Source: Chromatiales bacterium (GTDB lineage: Bacteria; Pseudomonadota; Gammaproteobacteria; SZUA-152). Taken from it: a stretch of DNA of 64,000 bases. Below are positions 1-10,112 of this stretch, in pieces. Each line of letters opens with the position of its first letter. The stretch's first letter is position 1. The position numbers and the translations under genes were made by a program. The notes beneath the pieces are model-generated. The model searched no databases. It was given only the letters and a program-made list of their open reading frames with translations, and was not told the origin of the DNA. The DNA is taken from the NCBI GenBank assembly GCA_027010265.1, contig JALVCE010000074.1:17269-81268 (forward strand), given 5' to 3'.

Positions 1-451
1 CTTGCACGGCGATCATTGCCAGGTCGTCGCGTTCACGAATCTGCACCTCACGATCCTCGGCCTGTTGACGAATCCACGCCAGATCCTTGTCACGGGTGGC
101 GGCGTTGACCACCATGCGGTACCAATTGTCGTCCATGAAATAGACAATGAGATCATCGATCACCCCGCCACGTTCATTGAGCATGCAGGAATACAAGGCT
201 TTTCCGGGTGTCTGGATGCGGGCAACGTCGTTGGCCAGCAGTCTGCGCAGGAAATCCGTGACCTCGTTGCCGGTGAGATCCAGCACTACCATGTGGGAGA
301 CGTCGAACATGCCGGCGTCGTTGCGCACCTGATGGTGTTCTTCCAGTTGCGAGCCGTAGTGAATGGGCATTTCCCAGCCGGCGAAATCGACGAGCTTGGC
401 GCCTGAGGCGAGGTGCTGGGGATGAAGCGGGGTGCGCTGGGGTGTGGGCAT
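1..451 (-). CDS. gcvT: Glycine cleavage system aminomethyltransferase T (N-terminal part; runs off the window)
   Basis: Manual translation of the minus strand from ATG 451 gives [54 protein letters not shown]...[10 protein letters not shown], the GcvT signature. Not in the ORF track because it is truncated. Confidence 0.95.
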   Translation of the reverse strand, partial: MPTPQRTPLHPQHLASGAKLVDFAGWEMPIHYGSQLEEHHQVRNDAGMFDVSHMVVLDLTGNEVTDFLRRLLANDVARIQTPGKALYSCMLNERGGVIDDLIVYFMDDNWYRMVVNAATRDKDLAWIRQQAEDREVQIRERDDLAMIAVQ

Positions 452-517
452 GGTTTGGGCCTCTGGCGGTGTGGACTCGGGTTTGACATGCAGGGCAGTG
501 GTGCTGCTGTGCAGTGC

Positions 518-705
518 CGCCCCTCTGTCCATGGTGCCTGAGAGCTTGAGCCCCTTCGGCGGACGTGAAGCCGCTGGCTTCAGTCTCTCTCCAGAGTCAA
601 CGATCGTCTGCCTGCGGTCCGGTTGCCTGAGCGATTCCGGGCGGTTGCGCCTTCGGCGGTGGTCCGTGTCTGGCACATGCCAGTCTGCCACACTCTCCCG
701 CAGCG
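518..705 (-). promoter_or_regulatory. Tandem glycine riboswitch (two aptamers)
   Basis: Minus strand reads GCGGGAGAG...CGCCGAAGGCGCAA...GCTCAGG, then CTCTGGAGAG...CGCCGAAGGGG...CTCTCAGG...GGACAGAGGG, directly upstream of gcvT. Ends are approximate. Confidence 0.92.
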
Positions 706-916
706 ATTTTCCGTTGAACGGCGAAGTATACGCGCTGTCGGCCATGAAAACCAAGGCGGATTTGCGCAGGGTGTGGTGCGCCGGGGCATTCCGGGGTTGA
801 AGACGGGTGGAACAAATGTCGGTTTCGGTGCGTTTATGACTTTACACAGGCGAAAACCCATGAATCAGGAACCAGCGTGGTTTCAAGTTTTCATGGGCCC
901 GGCCCGATGCAGGCTT

Positions 917-932
917 TGTGACAAGCCGCACA
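917..932. promoter_or_regulatory. CRP/Vfr/Clp-type box (9/10 match)
   Basis: TGTGA-CAAGCC-GCACA about 85 bp upstream of the ATG at 1018; TAGTAT (-10-like) at 951-956. Confidence 0.5.
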
Positions 933-1017
933 GCAAATGACGCTAGGCTGTAGTATTCCTATTCCTAGGGTAGTGCGCATGGGCGCGGCGGGATTTTATC
1001 AGGAGCAGGGTGTTGGT

Positions 1018-3888
1018 ATGCGTTTTGGCGGTAATTCATTGAAATTCAAGAAATCGTGTTTACAGCGAGGGTTGGGTGCCGCCCTCCTGCTGGGGGTGTT
1101 GGCCGGTTGCACTCAGGGGCAGGATCAGACCATCCCCGATTTCGCCATTGCCTACGTCAAGCGCCCGGTTCAGCTTGAGACCCAAACGGTCACGGTGACG
1201 GTCAATGGCACCGATATGGACGTGGACATCCTGGCGCCGGTGGATCCGGATGTGCGCGAGGCCACGGAATTCAATGAGGGCGGTGATGTGTACCTGCGTG
1301 AGCGGGCCTCTACCATTGCCGAGGAACGCAACATCACCCTGTGTATCACGGATCTCGATGGTGACGGTATCGGCACCGGTGATGTGCGGGATCTTGAGAC
1401 CAATTATGACGGCACCAAACTGATCTTCTCCCTGCGCCTGGAGGATCTCACCAATGGCAACAATCCGCCCAAGTGGGATATCTACGAATACGATACCACA
1501 GTGGGCGGTTGTCCCCGGCGGGTGATCAGTGATGATCTGGCCGCTGCCAAGGGCGATGATGTGGCCCCCCATTACCTGCCTGACGGACGCATCGTCTTCA
1601 GTTCCAATGCGGCGGTGACCACGCGCCAGGTGGAACTGGATGCCGGCAAGAGCCAATTCTCTCCCTTTGACGAAGACTTGCGCGAGGCCGCGGTGACCCT
1701 GCATGTGATGGACGCCGATGGCACCAATATCAAGCAGATCTCCTTCAATCAGAGTCACGACCTGGACCCCTCGGTGCTGAGCAGTGGTGAGATCGTGTTC
1801 TCCCGCTGGGACGGCGCTGGCAACCGTAGCGCGATTCGGCTTTACACCATCCACCCGGATGGCACCGAACTCAAGGCGCTGTATGGCATCCATGAGGCCA
1901 ATGTGGGTACCGGTGGCAGTACCGTGCAGTTCCTTGATCCTCGCGAATTGAGTAACGGAAAATTGCTAGCCATGTTGAAGCCCTTCAACGGCTCCGCTGG
2001 CGGCGGTGCGCCGGTGGAGATCGACATCAGCAATTACGCGGACAACAGCCAGCCCACGGTCCCCAATCTCGGTATGCTCACTGGACCGGGACAGAGTCAG
2101 GCTATCAATCTGGATGTGCGCACCGACGGTAGCATTTCTCCCGCCGGTCGCTATCGTTCGGTGTATCCCCTGGCGGACGGCAGCAATCGCGCCCTGGTGA
2201 GCTGGTCGCAGTGCCGCCTGCAGCCCACGGATTCACTGGGTTTGCCCGATACCACGCAGCTTCCGGTGCCTTGCCCGGACACCATCAATCCGGGCGACTG
2301 GGAAGCCTATCCCCTGTATGGCATTTATGTGTTCGATTTTACCGAGGATACCCAGCTGCCTGTAGTGATCCCCGAGGAAGGCATTCTCGTGGACGAACCC
2401 GTGGTGCTCGCGCCCCGTCCCCGTCCCACGGTATTGCTGGACAAGGTGGTGGGTCTGGAGCTGGATCAGGCCCTGGCGGAAGAGGAATTTGTGGGTATTT
2501 TGCATATCCGCAGCGTGTATGACTTCGACGGCACTTTCAACGCACTGGGAGGCTCCGCAGCGAGCTTGGATGACATGGCCAATCCCACCCTCACCGATGC
2601 CGATCAGCGTCCGGCCCGTTACCTGCGGATCCTCAAGGCGGCAGCGATTCCCGACCCGCGGGACAATACTACCGAGTTTGATACCGGCGTGGCCTTCGGT
2701 GCCGGTGGTCGTCGCGGCGGCATGCGTGAGATCATCGGCTATGCGCCCATTGAACCTGATGGCTCGGTGATGACCAAGGTGCCCGCCAACGTACCCCTGG
2801 CCATCGAGGTGGTGGACAAGAACGGCCGCCGCATTGGTGCGCGCCATCTGAACTGGATACAGGTGCGAGATGGCGAAACCCTGGAATGTAACGGCTGCCA
2901 CACACACACTACCACGGCGCCGGCACTGCCCGTGCCCCATGGTTATAGAGATGCCCCCACGCCACTCAACAGCGGGGCACCTACGTCCCCATACACCTTT
3001 CCCGGTACCAATGGCACCTTCGTGGCCGAGATGAACGAAACCATGGCCGAGGCGCGCATCCGTGTGAGCTGCACCAATGCCAGCTTTGTCTACGACAAAC
3101 GCGATACCGGTTGCCCGGAATTGAGTCCCAATCCCAACCCGGTGTTCTTTGACCTGTGGGCCCCCGCGGGTAACGCCATCGCAGACGACCTGAGTCTGCG
3201 ATATAGCAACCTAGACGTGTCTATGGCCAACGGCGTACCCATCGACAACCAGTGCATCCCCGGCGCCATCCCGGGGGCCAAGTGGGATTTCACCTGCCGC
3301 ACCATTATCAATTACGAGAAGAGCATCCACCCCCTATGGAGTCTGCCGCGGACAGACACCGCCACGGGCATGATGGATTACACCTGTACGGTGTGCCACA
3401 ACAATGTGGATACCGGCGGCGCGCCCATGGTGCCCGCGGCCCAACTGGATCTTAGCGATGGTCTGCGCCAGGACAACCCCGATCATTTCAAGGCCTATCG
3501 GGAGCTGCTGATCCAGGATGACGTCCAGTGGCAGCTGGATGGCACCGGCGCCCTGGTGCCGGTAACACAGCAGGTGCAGTTGGTGATTGATGGTGTGCCG
3601 CAATTTCAAACCATGGATGACGGCATGGGCAACCAGGTGCCGGTATTGGATGCCAATGGCGATCCGATACCCATTCTGGTGACAGAAAATGTACCGCCCA
3701 CCCAGGGGCCCACCATGTCGGTCAATGGGGCCCTGGCCAGCGCCGCCTTCTTTGATCGCTTTGTGAATACCGGGCAGGGCGATTTGCACGAGGGGCTGTT
3801 GACCCCTGCGGAGTTGCGATTGCTGTATGAATGGCTGGATATGGGCGCGCAATATTTCAACAACAGCTTTGACGCACCACCGCCATAA
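1018..3888 (+). CDS. Large lipoprotein: TolB/PD40-like beta-propeller, HZS-alpha middle-domain-like region, two c-type haem motifs
   Basis: Lipobox LAG|C. Propeller motifs (DVAPHYLPDGRIVFSS, QISFNQSHDLDPSVLSSGEIVFSRWD). GYAPIEPDGSVMTKVPANVP followed by CNGCH; second motif CTVCH. Start moved to ATG 1018. Confidence 0.8.
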   Translation: MRFGGNSLKFKKSCLQRGLGAALLLGVLAGCTQGQDQTIPDFAIAYVKRPVQLETQTVTVTVNGTDMDVDILAPVDPDVREATEFNEGGDVYLRERASTIAEERNITLCITDLDGDGIGTGDVRDLETNYDGTKLIFSLRLEDLTNGNNPPKWDIYEYDTTVGGCPRRVISDDLAAAKGDDVAPHYLPDGRIVFSSNAAVTTRQVELDAGKSQFSPFDEDLREAAVTLHVMDADGTNIKQISFNQSHDLDPSVLSSGEIVFSRWDGAGNRSAIRLYTIHPDGTELKALYGIHEANVGTGGSTVQFLDPRELSNGKLLAMLKPFNGSAGGGAPVEIDISNYADNSQPTVPNLGMLTGPGQSQAINLDVRTDGSISPAGRYRSVYPLADGSNRALVSWSQCRLQPTDSLGLPDTTQLPVPCPDTINPGDWEAYPLYGIYVFDFTEDTQLPVVIPEEGILVDEPVVLAPRPRPTVLLDKVVGLELDQALAEEEFVGILHIRSVYDFDGTFNALGGSAASLDDMANPTLTDADQRPARYLRILKAAAIPDPRDNTTEFDTGVAFGAGGRRGGMREIIGYAPIEPDGSVMTKVPANVPLAIEVVDKNGRRIGARHLNWIQVRDGETLECNGCHTHTTTAPALPVPHGYRDAPTPLNSGAPTSPYTFPGTNGTFVAEMNETMAEARIRVSCTNASFVYDKRDTGCPELSPNPNPVFFDLWAPAGNAIADDLSLRYSNLDVSMANGVPIDNQCIPGAIPGAKWDFTCRTIINYEKSIHPLWSLPRTDTATGMMDYTCTVCHNNVDTGGAPMVPAAQLDLSDGLRQDNPDHFKAYRELLIQDDVQWQLDGTGALVPVTQQVQLVIDGVPQFQTMDDGMGNQVPVLDANGDPIPILVTENVPPTQGPTMSVNGALASAAFFDRFVNTGQGDLHEGLLTPAELRLLYEWLDMGAQYFNNSFDAPPP

Positions 3889-3958
3889 CTTTTTGCCGGT
3901 TTGGTGGTCACATAGGCTGGCGGCTGGTTGTGATGTTTGACAGCCAGTAAGATAATCC

Positions 3959-4001
3959 CGCGAAACCAGGAACTACAGGGGGTTCCTGGTTTCGCGTTTT
4001 T
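3959..4001 (+). terminator. Putative intrinsic terminator
   Basis: CGCGAAACCAGGAAC...GTTCCTGGTTTCGCG followed by TTTTT, downstream of the 1018..3888 gene. Confidence 0.65.
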
Positions 4002-4072
4002 GCTTGTCCGGTTGAGATGCAGTCTGCCGGTTTCGAATCCCCTTCAATTTTCAACCGATGATTTCGTTGGCG

Positions 4073-4088
4073 CGTGATCCCCATCACA
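4073..4088. promoter_or_regulatory. CRP-type box (9/10 match)
   Basis: CGTGA-TCCCCA-TCACA in the intergenic region upstream of the operon starting at 4214. Confidence 0.5.
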
Positions 4089-4213
4089 GGCCGTGACATC
4101 AACGTGGCGTAAAAACTAAATAACAATAAAGAAACTGGGCGCTTAGCCGTTGATTTAATAGTGAAAATCCAAGCCACAACAAACCATCCGGAAAACCACC
4201 CAAGGGTCGGCGC

Positions 4214-4963
4214 ATGAAAGCTGATTGGATGCGTGCAGGCCTGTGTGCTTTGTTGTTGCTGGCCACAAGCTGGGCCTGGGCCGAGGAGGAGGCCTATCCG
4301 GAGGTGAAGGTCGCCGAGCCTTACATTGAGATGCACACGGGCCCCGGTGCCGGCTATCCGATTTTTAACGTAGTGGATCGCGGCGATTATGTGGAGGTGA
4401 TCAAACGCAAGACGGATTGGTTCAAGGTGCGCACCAGCGATCACAAGATTGGCTGGGTGAATCGCGCCCAAATGGAAATGACCCTAACGCCAAGTGGTGA
4501 GCCAACAGCGTTCGCCGATGCAGGCCTGGGTGATTTCAGCAAGCGTCGTTGGGAAATGGGCCTGGTGGGTGGCACATTCAACGGGGCGCCGGTGATGACC
4601 TTGTATGGCGCCTATGCTTTGTCGGCCAACCTGTCGGCGGAGTTGTCCGCCTCGCAAGTGACCGGTGATTTTTTCAGCAGTGATCTGATAAACATCAACC
4701 TGCTGACGCAGCCATTCTCGAAGTGGCGTTATTCACCATTTTTCACCCTGGGGGTAGGGCAGATCACCACCAGCCCCAGTGTGACCCTGATCCAGACGGC
4801 AGACAGCCAGGATCTGATTGCCCACATGGGGCTAGGCTTCAAGATGTATCTGACCCGGCGCTTTATTTTACGCGCGGAATATAAAACCTACGTCGAGTTT
4901 TCCAGCGACGACGACAACGAGGAATTTGAAGAATGGAAGGCAGGCTTCGCATTCTTTTTCTAA
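4214..4963 (+). CDS. SH3-domain plus outer-membrane beta-barrel protein
   Basis: Signal peptide AWA; bacterial SH3-like segment YIEMHTGPGAGYPIF...DWFKVRT...GWV; amphipathic strands ending in C-terminal Phe (AFFF). Confidence 0.8.
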   Translation: MKADWMRAGLCALLLLATSWAWAEEEAYPEVKVAEPYIEMHTGPGAGYPIFNVVDRGDYVEVIKRKTDWFKVRTSDHKIGWVNRAQMEMTLTPSGEPTAFADAGLGDFSKRRWEMGLVGGTFNGAPVMTLYGAYALSANLSAELSASQVTGDFFSSDLININLLTQPFSKWRYSPFFTLGVGQITTSPSVTLIQTADSQDLIAHMGLGFKMYLTRRFILRAEYKTYVEFSSDDDNEEFEEWKAGFAFFF

Positions 4964-5592
4964 GCCGCCCCGTATTGGGTGTGGTGCTGCTTTTTCTAAG
5001 CACAGCGGCATGGTCAGCGGACAAGGTAGCGTCCCAGGCACAGGTGATCCAGCCGCAGATTGAGCGGCGAGTTATCGATGTGGACAAGATCGATACGGAA
5101 GACTTCGAGATCGGGGTCTTTTCCGGCTTACTCAGCACCGAAGATTTTGGTACCAACCTGGTGATTGGCGCACGTGCCGCCTATCACGTCACCGAAGGTA
5201 TCTTTTTTGAAGCCGCCTATGCCAAGTCGAATACCACTGAAACCAGCTATGAGCGCCTCAGTGGTGGCGCACCATTGTTAACAGATGCGCAGCGTGAACT
5301 GACCTACTACAACGTTTCCATTGGATACAACCTGCTGCCGGGAGAAGCATTCCTGGGTGAAGGCTGGGCCTTCAATACGGCGTTGTATGTGATCGGTGGT
5401 GTGGGGATTACCAGTTTTGCCGACGACGACCGGTTCACCGTCAACTTCGGGGCCGGATACCGTTTTTTGGCCACAGACTGGCTGGCGGTGCATCTGGATG
5501 TGCGCGATCACATTTTTGATATTGACTTATTGGGCAAGGCCAAGACTGCCCACAATCTGGAGCTTACCGGTGGGCTCACCGTGTTTTTTTAA
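4933..5592 (+). CDS. OmpA-like outer-membrane beta-barrel (GltA/B/H-like type)
   Basis: Signal peptide; 8-strand-type pattern (GARAAYH, YNVSIGYNLLPGE, NFGAGYRF); C-terminal FF. Overlaps the upstream gene by 31 nt. Confidence 0.8.
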   Translation: MEGRLRILFLSRPVLGVVLLFLSTAAWSADKVASQAQVIQPQIERRVIDVDKIDTEDFEIGVFSGLLSTEDFGTNLVIGARAAYHVTEGIFFEAAYAKSNTTETSYERLSGGAPLLTDAQRELTYYNVSIGYNLLPGEAFLGEGWAFNTALYVIGGVGITSFADDDRFTVNFGAGYRFLATDWLAVHLDVRDHIFDIDLLGKAKTAHNLELTGGLTVFF

Positions 5593-5686
5593 CGGCATAA
5601 CGACGTGTTGTGTATTGGCGTAACAGCGAGGTAGTGTGATGAAAAGTGTTATGAAATGTGTATTGAGTAATTTGCAAGGCAAGGTG

Positions 5687-6172
5687 ATGAAATCCATCGT
5701 ATTGCTGGTCATAGGTATGTTGTTCTCGGCAAGCATACAGGCAGAGGAAATTCAGGGTCCAGCACCGGATTTCACCCTGAAATCCCGCAGTGGTGAGAAT
5801 ATCAAACTCAGTGAGCTGCGTGGTGATGTGGTGATGATCAACTTCTGGGCTTCCTGGTGTGCACCTTGCCGCCAGGAGATGCCGCTACTGGAAGATATGT
5901 ATAAAAAATACAACGATCTCGGTTTTACACTGCTGGGGATCAATGTTGAGGAGGACTCCAGTAAGGCAGGTGAATTGTTACGTGAAATACCGGTGACCTT
6001 CCCGGTTCTTTACGACACCACCAACAAGGTGACAAAACTCTATAACGTGGTAGCCATGCCCAGCACGGTGATAGTGGATCGTGATGGCAATATGCGTTAT
6101 CTGCATCGTGGCTATCTTCCGGGCTACGAGGAAGAGTATGTCAAACAAATAAAGACATTGATTCGGGAGTGA
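5687..6172 (+). CDS. TlpA/ResA-family periplasmic thioredoxin
   Basis: APDFTL...INFWASWCAPCRQEMP motif; signal peptide from ATG 5687. Confidence 0.92.
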   Translation: MKSIVLLVIGMLFSASIQAEEIQGPAPDFTLKSRSGENIKLSELRGDVVMINFWASWCAPCRQEMPLLEDMYKKYNDLGFTLLGINVEEDSSKAGELLREIPVTFPVLYDTTNKVTKLYNVVAMPSTVIVDRDGNMRYLHRGYLPGYEEEYVKQIKTLIRE

Positions 6173-6399
6173 ATGGAGCGATGAGAAGGCTGTTTGCAGT
6201 GATAGTCTTGATGCTGCTGCTTTCGGGCTGTGGAATTCAGCCCTGGGTGAAACCTTATGAGCGCGCTAATCTGGCAGACCCGATCATGAGTTTCAGCCGT
6301 GATCCGGTAGCCAGCGCCTATATCAATCACGTCTTCGAAGCCCGTGAAGGTGCGCGTGGTGCCGAGGGTGGTGCAGGTGGTGGCTGTGGTTGCAACTAG
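6169..6399 (+). CDS. DUF4266-type small lipoprotein
   Basis: Lipobox LSG|C; VKPYERANLADPIM; characteristic C-terminal GGGCGCN. Confidence 0.88.
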   Translation: MNGAMRRLFAVIVLMLLLSGCGIQPWVKPYERANLADPIMSFSRDPVASAYINHVFEAREGARGAEGGAGGGCGCN

Positions 6400-7561
6400 A
6401 CTCACGCGATTCGTAGAGAAATTACCGGCGGTAAATTTTCGTTGGGGATTGGTGATGGCTGGTGCACTTGGCATGTGTGTGCCACTGATGGCCGCCGTAT
6501 TGCCGGAGGATCGGGCTGATGCCATGTATCATTCCTATTCCGGTGGCGGGCTGGAAGTGAACGGGCCTTCGATCCTGGCACGTAAATCCATTGGTAAGCA
6601 TGTCTCGGTATGGGGGAATTATTATGTGGACAGCATTACCTCGGCTACCATCGATGTCGTGACCAGCGCCAGCCAGTACACGGAAGAGCGTACCGAACAA
6701 ACCCTGGGTGCTGACTATCTCCACGACAATACCACCATGAGCCTTTCCTATACCAGTAGTATCGAAAATGACTTCGATGCCAAGGCCATGAACTTCAGCA
6801 TCAGCCAGTTGATGTTTGGTGATCTCACCACGGTTACCCTGGGCTATGCCCGTGGCTGGGACATCATAACCGCCACCGGATCGCCGAATTTTGAAGAAGA
6901 GGCAAATCGCCAGAAATACAAACTGGGACTGTCGCAGGTGTTTAGCAAAAACCTGCTCATGGATTTGAGCTTCGAGACTATTACCGATGAGGGTTATCTC
7001 AACAATCCTTATCGCTCCGTGCGCTATCTGGTGGACCCCACCAGTTACGCTACCGAAGGTGAAGTGTACCCCAACACCCGCACCAGTCATGCTGCTGCGG
7101 TGCGTGCCTTGTATTACCTGCCATACCGGGCGGCGATACGAACTGAGGTACGCGGCTACACAGACACCTGGGGTATCAATGGCGTGATGGCAGAACTGGG
7201 TTATATTCATCCAACGAAAAATGGCTGGACATTTGAAGGAAGCTATCGTGTTTACTCACAGGACAGCGCCAGTTTTTACAGTGATTTGTTCAATGCCCCC
7301 AATGAATTCATATATCGCGCGCGGGACAAGGAGTTAAGTGCGTACTCGACCCAGACCATTGGCTTTGGCGCCAGTTATGAATTTAAAAAACATGGCTGGG
7401 GTTTTATCGACAAGGGTAGTGCCAATATTTTTTATAACCATATTCAGATTGATTACGAAAACTTTCGTGACCTGCGGGTCACCGGCGTCACGCCCGGCAC
7501 CGAACCCCTGTACAGCCTGCAGGCCAATGTGCTGAGGCTGTTTATTTCGGTGTGGTATTGA
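6380..7561 (+). CDS. DUF3570-type outer-membrane beta-barrel protein
   Basis: VLPEDRADAMYHSYSGGG, VDSITSATIDVVTSAS, GYLNNPYRSV, RARDKELS motifs; aromatic C-terminus; follows TlpA-DUF4266. Start uncertain (GTG 6380 or ATG 6455). Confidence 0.85.
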   Translation: MAVVATRLTRFVEKLPAVNFRWGLVMAGALGMCVPLMAAVLPEDRADAMYHSYSGGGLEVNGPSILARKSIGKHVSVWGNYYVDSITSATIDVVTSASQYTEERTEQTLGADYLHDNTTMSLSYTSSIENDFDAKAMNFSISQLMFGDLTTVTLGYARGWDIITATGSPNFEEEANRQKYKLGLSQVFSKNLLMDLSFETITDEGYLNNPYRSVRYLVDPTSYATEGEVYPNTRTSHAAAVRALYYLPYRAAIRTEVRGYTDTWGINGVMAELGYIHPTKNGWTFEGSYRVYSQDSASFYSDLFNAPNEFIYRARDKELSAYSTQTIGFGASYEFKKHGWGFIDKGSANIFYNHIQIDYENFRDLRVTGVTPGTEPLYSLQANVLRLFISVWY

Positions 7562-7606
7562 CGATTATTTTATTGAACATAAAAACAAGGCCCTGATGCG
7601 AGTGCA

Positions 7607-8206
7607 ATGATGAAAAAATTCCAATTGAAATTATGGCTGTGTCTGCTGCTGTTCCTTGTGCCGGTGATCGGCCAAGCGGAAGATGCGGAGCCCACGGCGA
7701 TCAATCCCTATGTGCGAACTCCGGCGCCTGCGGCACAGACCAGCCCGCCTGCCCCGGATAACCGCACCCTCGATCAACGGGTACAGGATTTGAAGAAAGA
7801 AGTGAAGGCCTTGAATCGTGACCTGTTCATTCTTGAAGAGGAACTATTGTTTCCGTCCAGCACCCAACTGGCAGTGTTTTTGTCCGTTGATGTGGGCGAA
7901 TTTTTCCGCCTGGATTCCGTGCAGCTGAAAATAGACGACAAGGTGGTGGCCAATCATCTTTACACCAAACGTGAATTGGGTGCCTTGAAACGCGGCGGTG
8001 TGCAGCGACTATACATCGGTAACGTCAAAGCCGGTGAGCATGAGTTGATTGCCACCTTTCGTGGCCCGGGGCCCAACAACCGGGAATACCGTCGCGGCAC
8101 GACGGTGAAGTTCAAGAAGGGTTCGGCGGCAAAATTCATGGAGCTGCGTATCGTGGATGCCACACGAAAACTTCAGCCCGAGTTCGTGGTCAAAGAATGG
8201 GAATGA
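7607..8206 (+). CDS. Exported coiled-coil plus beta-sandwich hypothetical protein
   Basis: Signal peptide; LKKEVKALNRDLFILEEELLFP coiled coil; GGVQRLYIGN motif; no HTH. Confidence 0.75.
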   Translation: MMKKFQLKLWLCLLLFLVPVIGQAEDAEPTAINPYVRTPAPAAQTSPPAPDNRTLDQRVQDLKKEVKALNRDLFILEEELLFPSSTQLAVFLSVDVGEFFRLDSVQLKIDDKVVANHLYTKRELGALKRGGVQRLYIGNVKAGEHELIATFRGPGPNNREYRRGTTVKFKKGSAAKFMELRIVDATRKLQPEFVVKEWE

Positions 8207-8219
8207 CTGTACGGGGATA

Positions 8220-10112
8220 ATGGTGTTTTCATTCAGGTCGTTTCGTTGTTTGCTGCTTTTGCCCGGTGCGTTATTGGCGCTGCCAGTGATGGCCAGCGCA
8301 CCACTGCCACAGGCTGTGGAAGATCCCCACTATGGGGTAGTGCTGTATGAATTTTATCAGCAGAATTATTTTTCCGCCGCGGTAAATCTGCTGACCGCTC
8401 AGCAACTCAAACGCCTCAAGCATCACGAGGACGATGCGGAGATCCTACTGGGCGGCCTGTATCTCTCCTATGGCTTGCACAGCGAAGCCGAAGAAATCTT
8501 CAAGCGTCTGCTGGACAAGCGGGCGTCACCTTCCGTACGCGACCGAGCCTGGTTTTACCTGGGCAAGATCCGTTATCAGAAACAATTGTTCCCTGAAGCC
8601 GAGGCGGCTCTGGCCCAGGTAGGCGAAGCACTTGACCCTTCCTTGCAGGAAGAATTTCGCACCCTCAAGGCCAATCTGTTGATGGCGCAGAAGAAATACA
8701 CCGAAGCAGCAGAGGCCCTGCAGGGACTGGTGGAAGATGACGACGAGGAGGAAGCCAATTATGCGCGCTTCAACCTTGGTGTGGCGCTGATACGTGCCGG
8801 CCGGGAAAAGGAGGGTGCCGATCTGCTGCGCCAGGTAGCCGAACTGAAGTCCAGCGCCAGCGATCAAAAGGCCCTGCGTGACAAGGCCAACCTGGTACTG
8901 GGATTTTCCCTGTTGAAGTCCGCGCCGGTACTGGCCAAGGATTTCTTTCGCCGGGTACGTTTGAACGGGCCTTATTCCAACAAGGCGTTGTTGGGTCTGG
9001 GCTGGGCCGAAGTGGAGTTGCAACGTTACGAACAGGCACTGGTGCCCTGGGATGAACTGGCGACCCGGGAAAAAACCGATCCCGCGGTGTTCGAGGCCAT
9101 GCTGGCGCGTGGTAATGCACTTGAGCGGTTGCGCGCCTTTCCACAGGCCATGCGAGCCTACAGTAATGCCATTGTTGTCTTTGAACAGGAACTGGCCGCA
9201 TTGAACAGTACTGTGGCGGCAGTTAAGGCAGGACGTCTTTGGGCGGACCTGTTGTCGCAGGTTTCACGGGATGAGATGGGCTGGTTCTGGGAAGCCGAGT
9301 TATTGCCCGACACACCCGAGGCAAAATATTTGCCCACGGTAATGGCAGGGCATGGTTTTCACGAGGCCATCAAGAATCTGCGTGACCTGTGGTTCCTGGA
9401 CAGAAACCTGGCGCGCTGGTCCACGGAGGTGCCGGCATTACAAGACATGCTAGCCTTGCGCCGTACAACCTACGAAGACCAACTTGACAAGCTCACCCCG
9501 GAGCAGACTCTGAGCCATGTGCTGGATGTGCGCACCAGCCGGGACATCTACGCCGATGAATTGAAACGCATCGGAGAATCCGGGGATGCCTTTGCCCTGT
9601 TGAGTGGTGAAGAACAAAAACGCATGCAGCGGTTGGCCCGTGTGGAAGAACGCATCTGGCGTCTGTCCAGTCAGCCAGGGCGTCACAGCCGGCGATTGGC
9701 ATCCTGGCGGGAGAAATATCGCCTGTATAAGGGGCTGCTGGATTACGATGTTGAAACCACCTTTGCGATTCGTTATCGCAAGGTTCAGAAGAGTCTCAAT
9801 TCCCTGGATGCAGAACTGGAAGAAACGCTGCGCCGGCAGAATTCCCTGCAACGTGTGAGAGCCACCGCACCGGCGAACTTTGCTGGTTATGCCCAAGATA
9901 TTGAAAACAAGCGTCAGCGCATTGTCGGCCTGCGCAAAGATATCAAGGCAGCCTTTGATGAACAGCAGCGCCAATTGCAGTCCATGGCGGATGTGGAGCT
10001 GGATCGGCTGCGCCTGCGCCTGGTGGACTATCTGGATCAGGCACGCTTTTCCTTGGCACATTTGCAGGACCTGGCCACCGATGCGGCTGAATCGGGCAAG
10101 GAGCTGAAATGA
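8220..10112 (+). CDS. Periplasmic TPR/coiled-coil protein (GltC-like)
   Basis: Signal peptide; TPR motifs (RDRAWFYLGKIRY, YARFNLGVAL, ALLGLGWA); coiled-coil C-terminus. Confidence 0.8.
   Translation: MVFSFRSFRCLLLLPGALLALPVMASAPLPQAVEDPHYGVVLYEFYQQNYFSAAVNLLTAQQLKRLKHHEDDAEILLGGLYLSYGLHSEAEEIFKRLLDKRASPSVRDRAWFYLGKIRYQKQLFPEAEAALAQVGEALDPSLQEEFRTLKANLLMAQKKYTEAAEALQGLVEDDDEEEANYARFNLGVALIRAGREKEGADLLRQVAELKSSASDQKALRDKANLVLGFSLLKSAPVLAKDFFRRVRLNGPYSNKALLGLGWAEVELQRYEQALVPWDELATREKTDPAVFEAMLARGNALERLRAFPQAMRAYSNAIVVFEQELAALNSTVAAVKAGRLWADLLSQVSRDEMGWFWEAELLPDTPEAKYLPTVMAGHGFHEAIKNLRDLWFLDRNLARWSTEVPALQDMLALRRTTYEDQLDKLTPEQTLSHVLDVRTSRDIYADELKRIGESGDAFALLSGEEQKRMQRLARVEERIWRLSSQPGRHSRRLASWREKYRLYKGLLDYDVETTFAIRYRKVQKSLNSLDAELEETLRRQNSLQRVRATAPANFAGYAQDIENKRQRIVGLRKDIKAAFDEQQRQLQSMADVELDRLRLRLVDYLDQARFSLAHLQDLATDAAESGKELK

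Noticed and set aside
1018-3888. Hydrazine synthase / anammox interpretation of the HZS-alpha-like protein
   Set aside because: No hzsB/C or other anammox genes are present, and the host is a ubiquinone-making gammaproteobacterium. This domain architecture is not specific to anammox.
7607-8206. Transcriptional regulator label often attached to this family
   Set aside because: It has a signal peptide and no helix-turn-helix.
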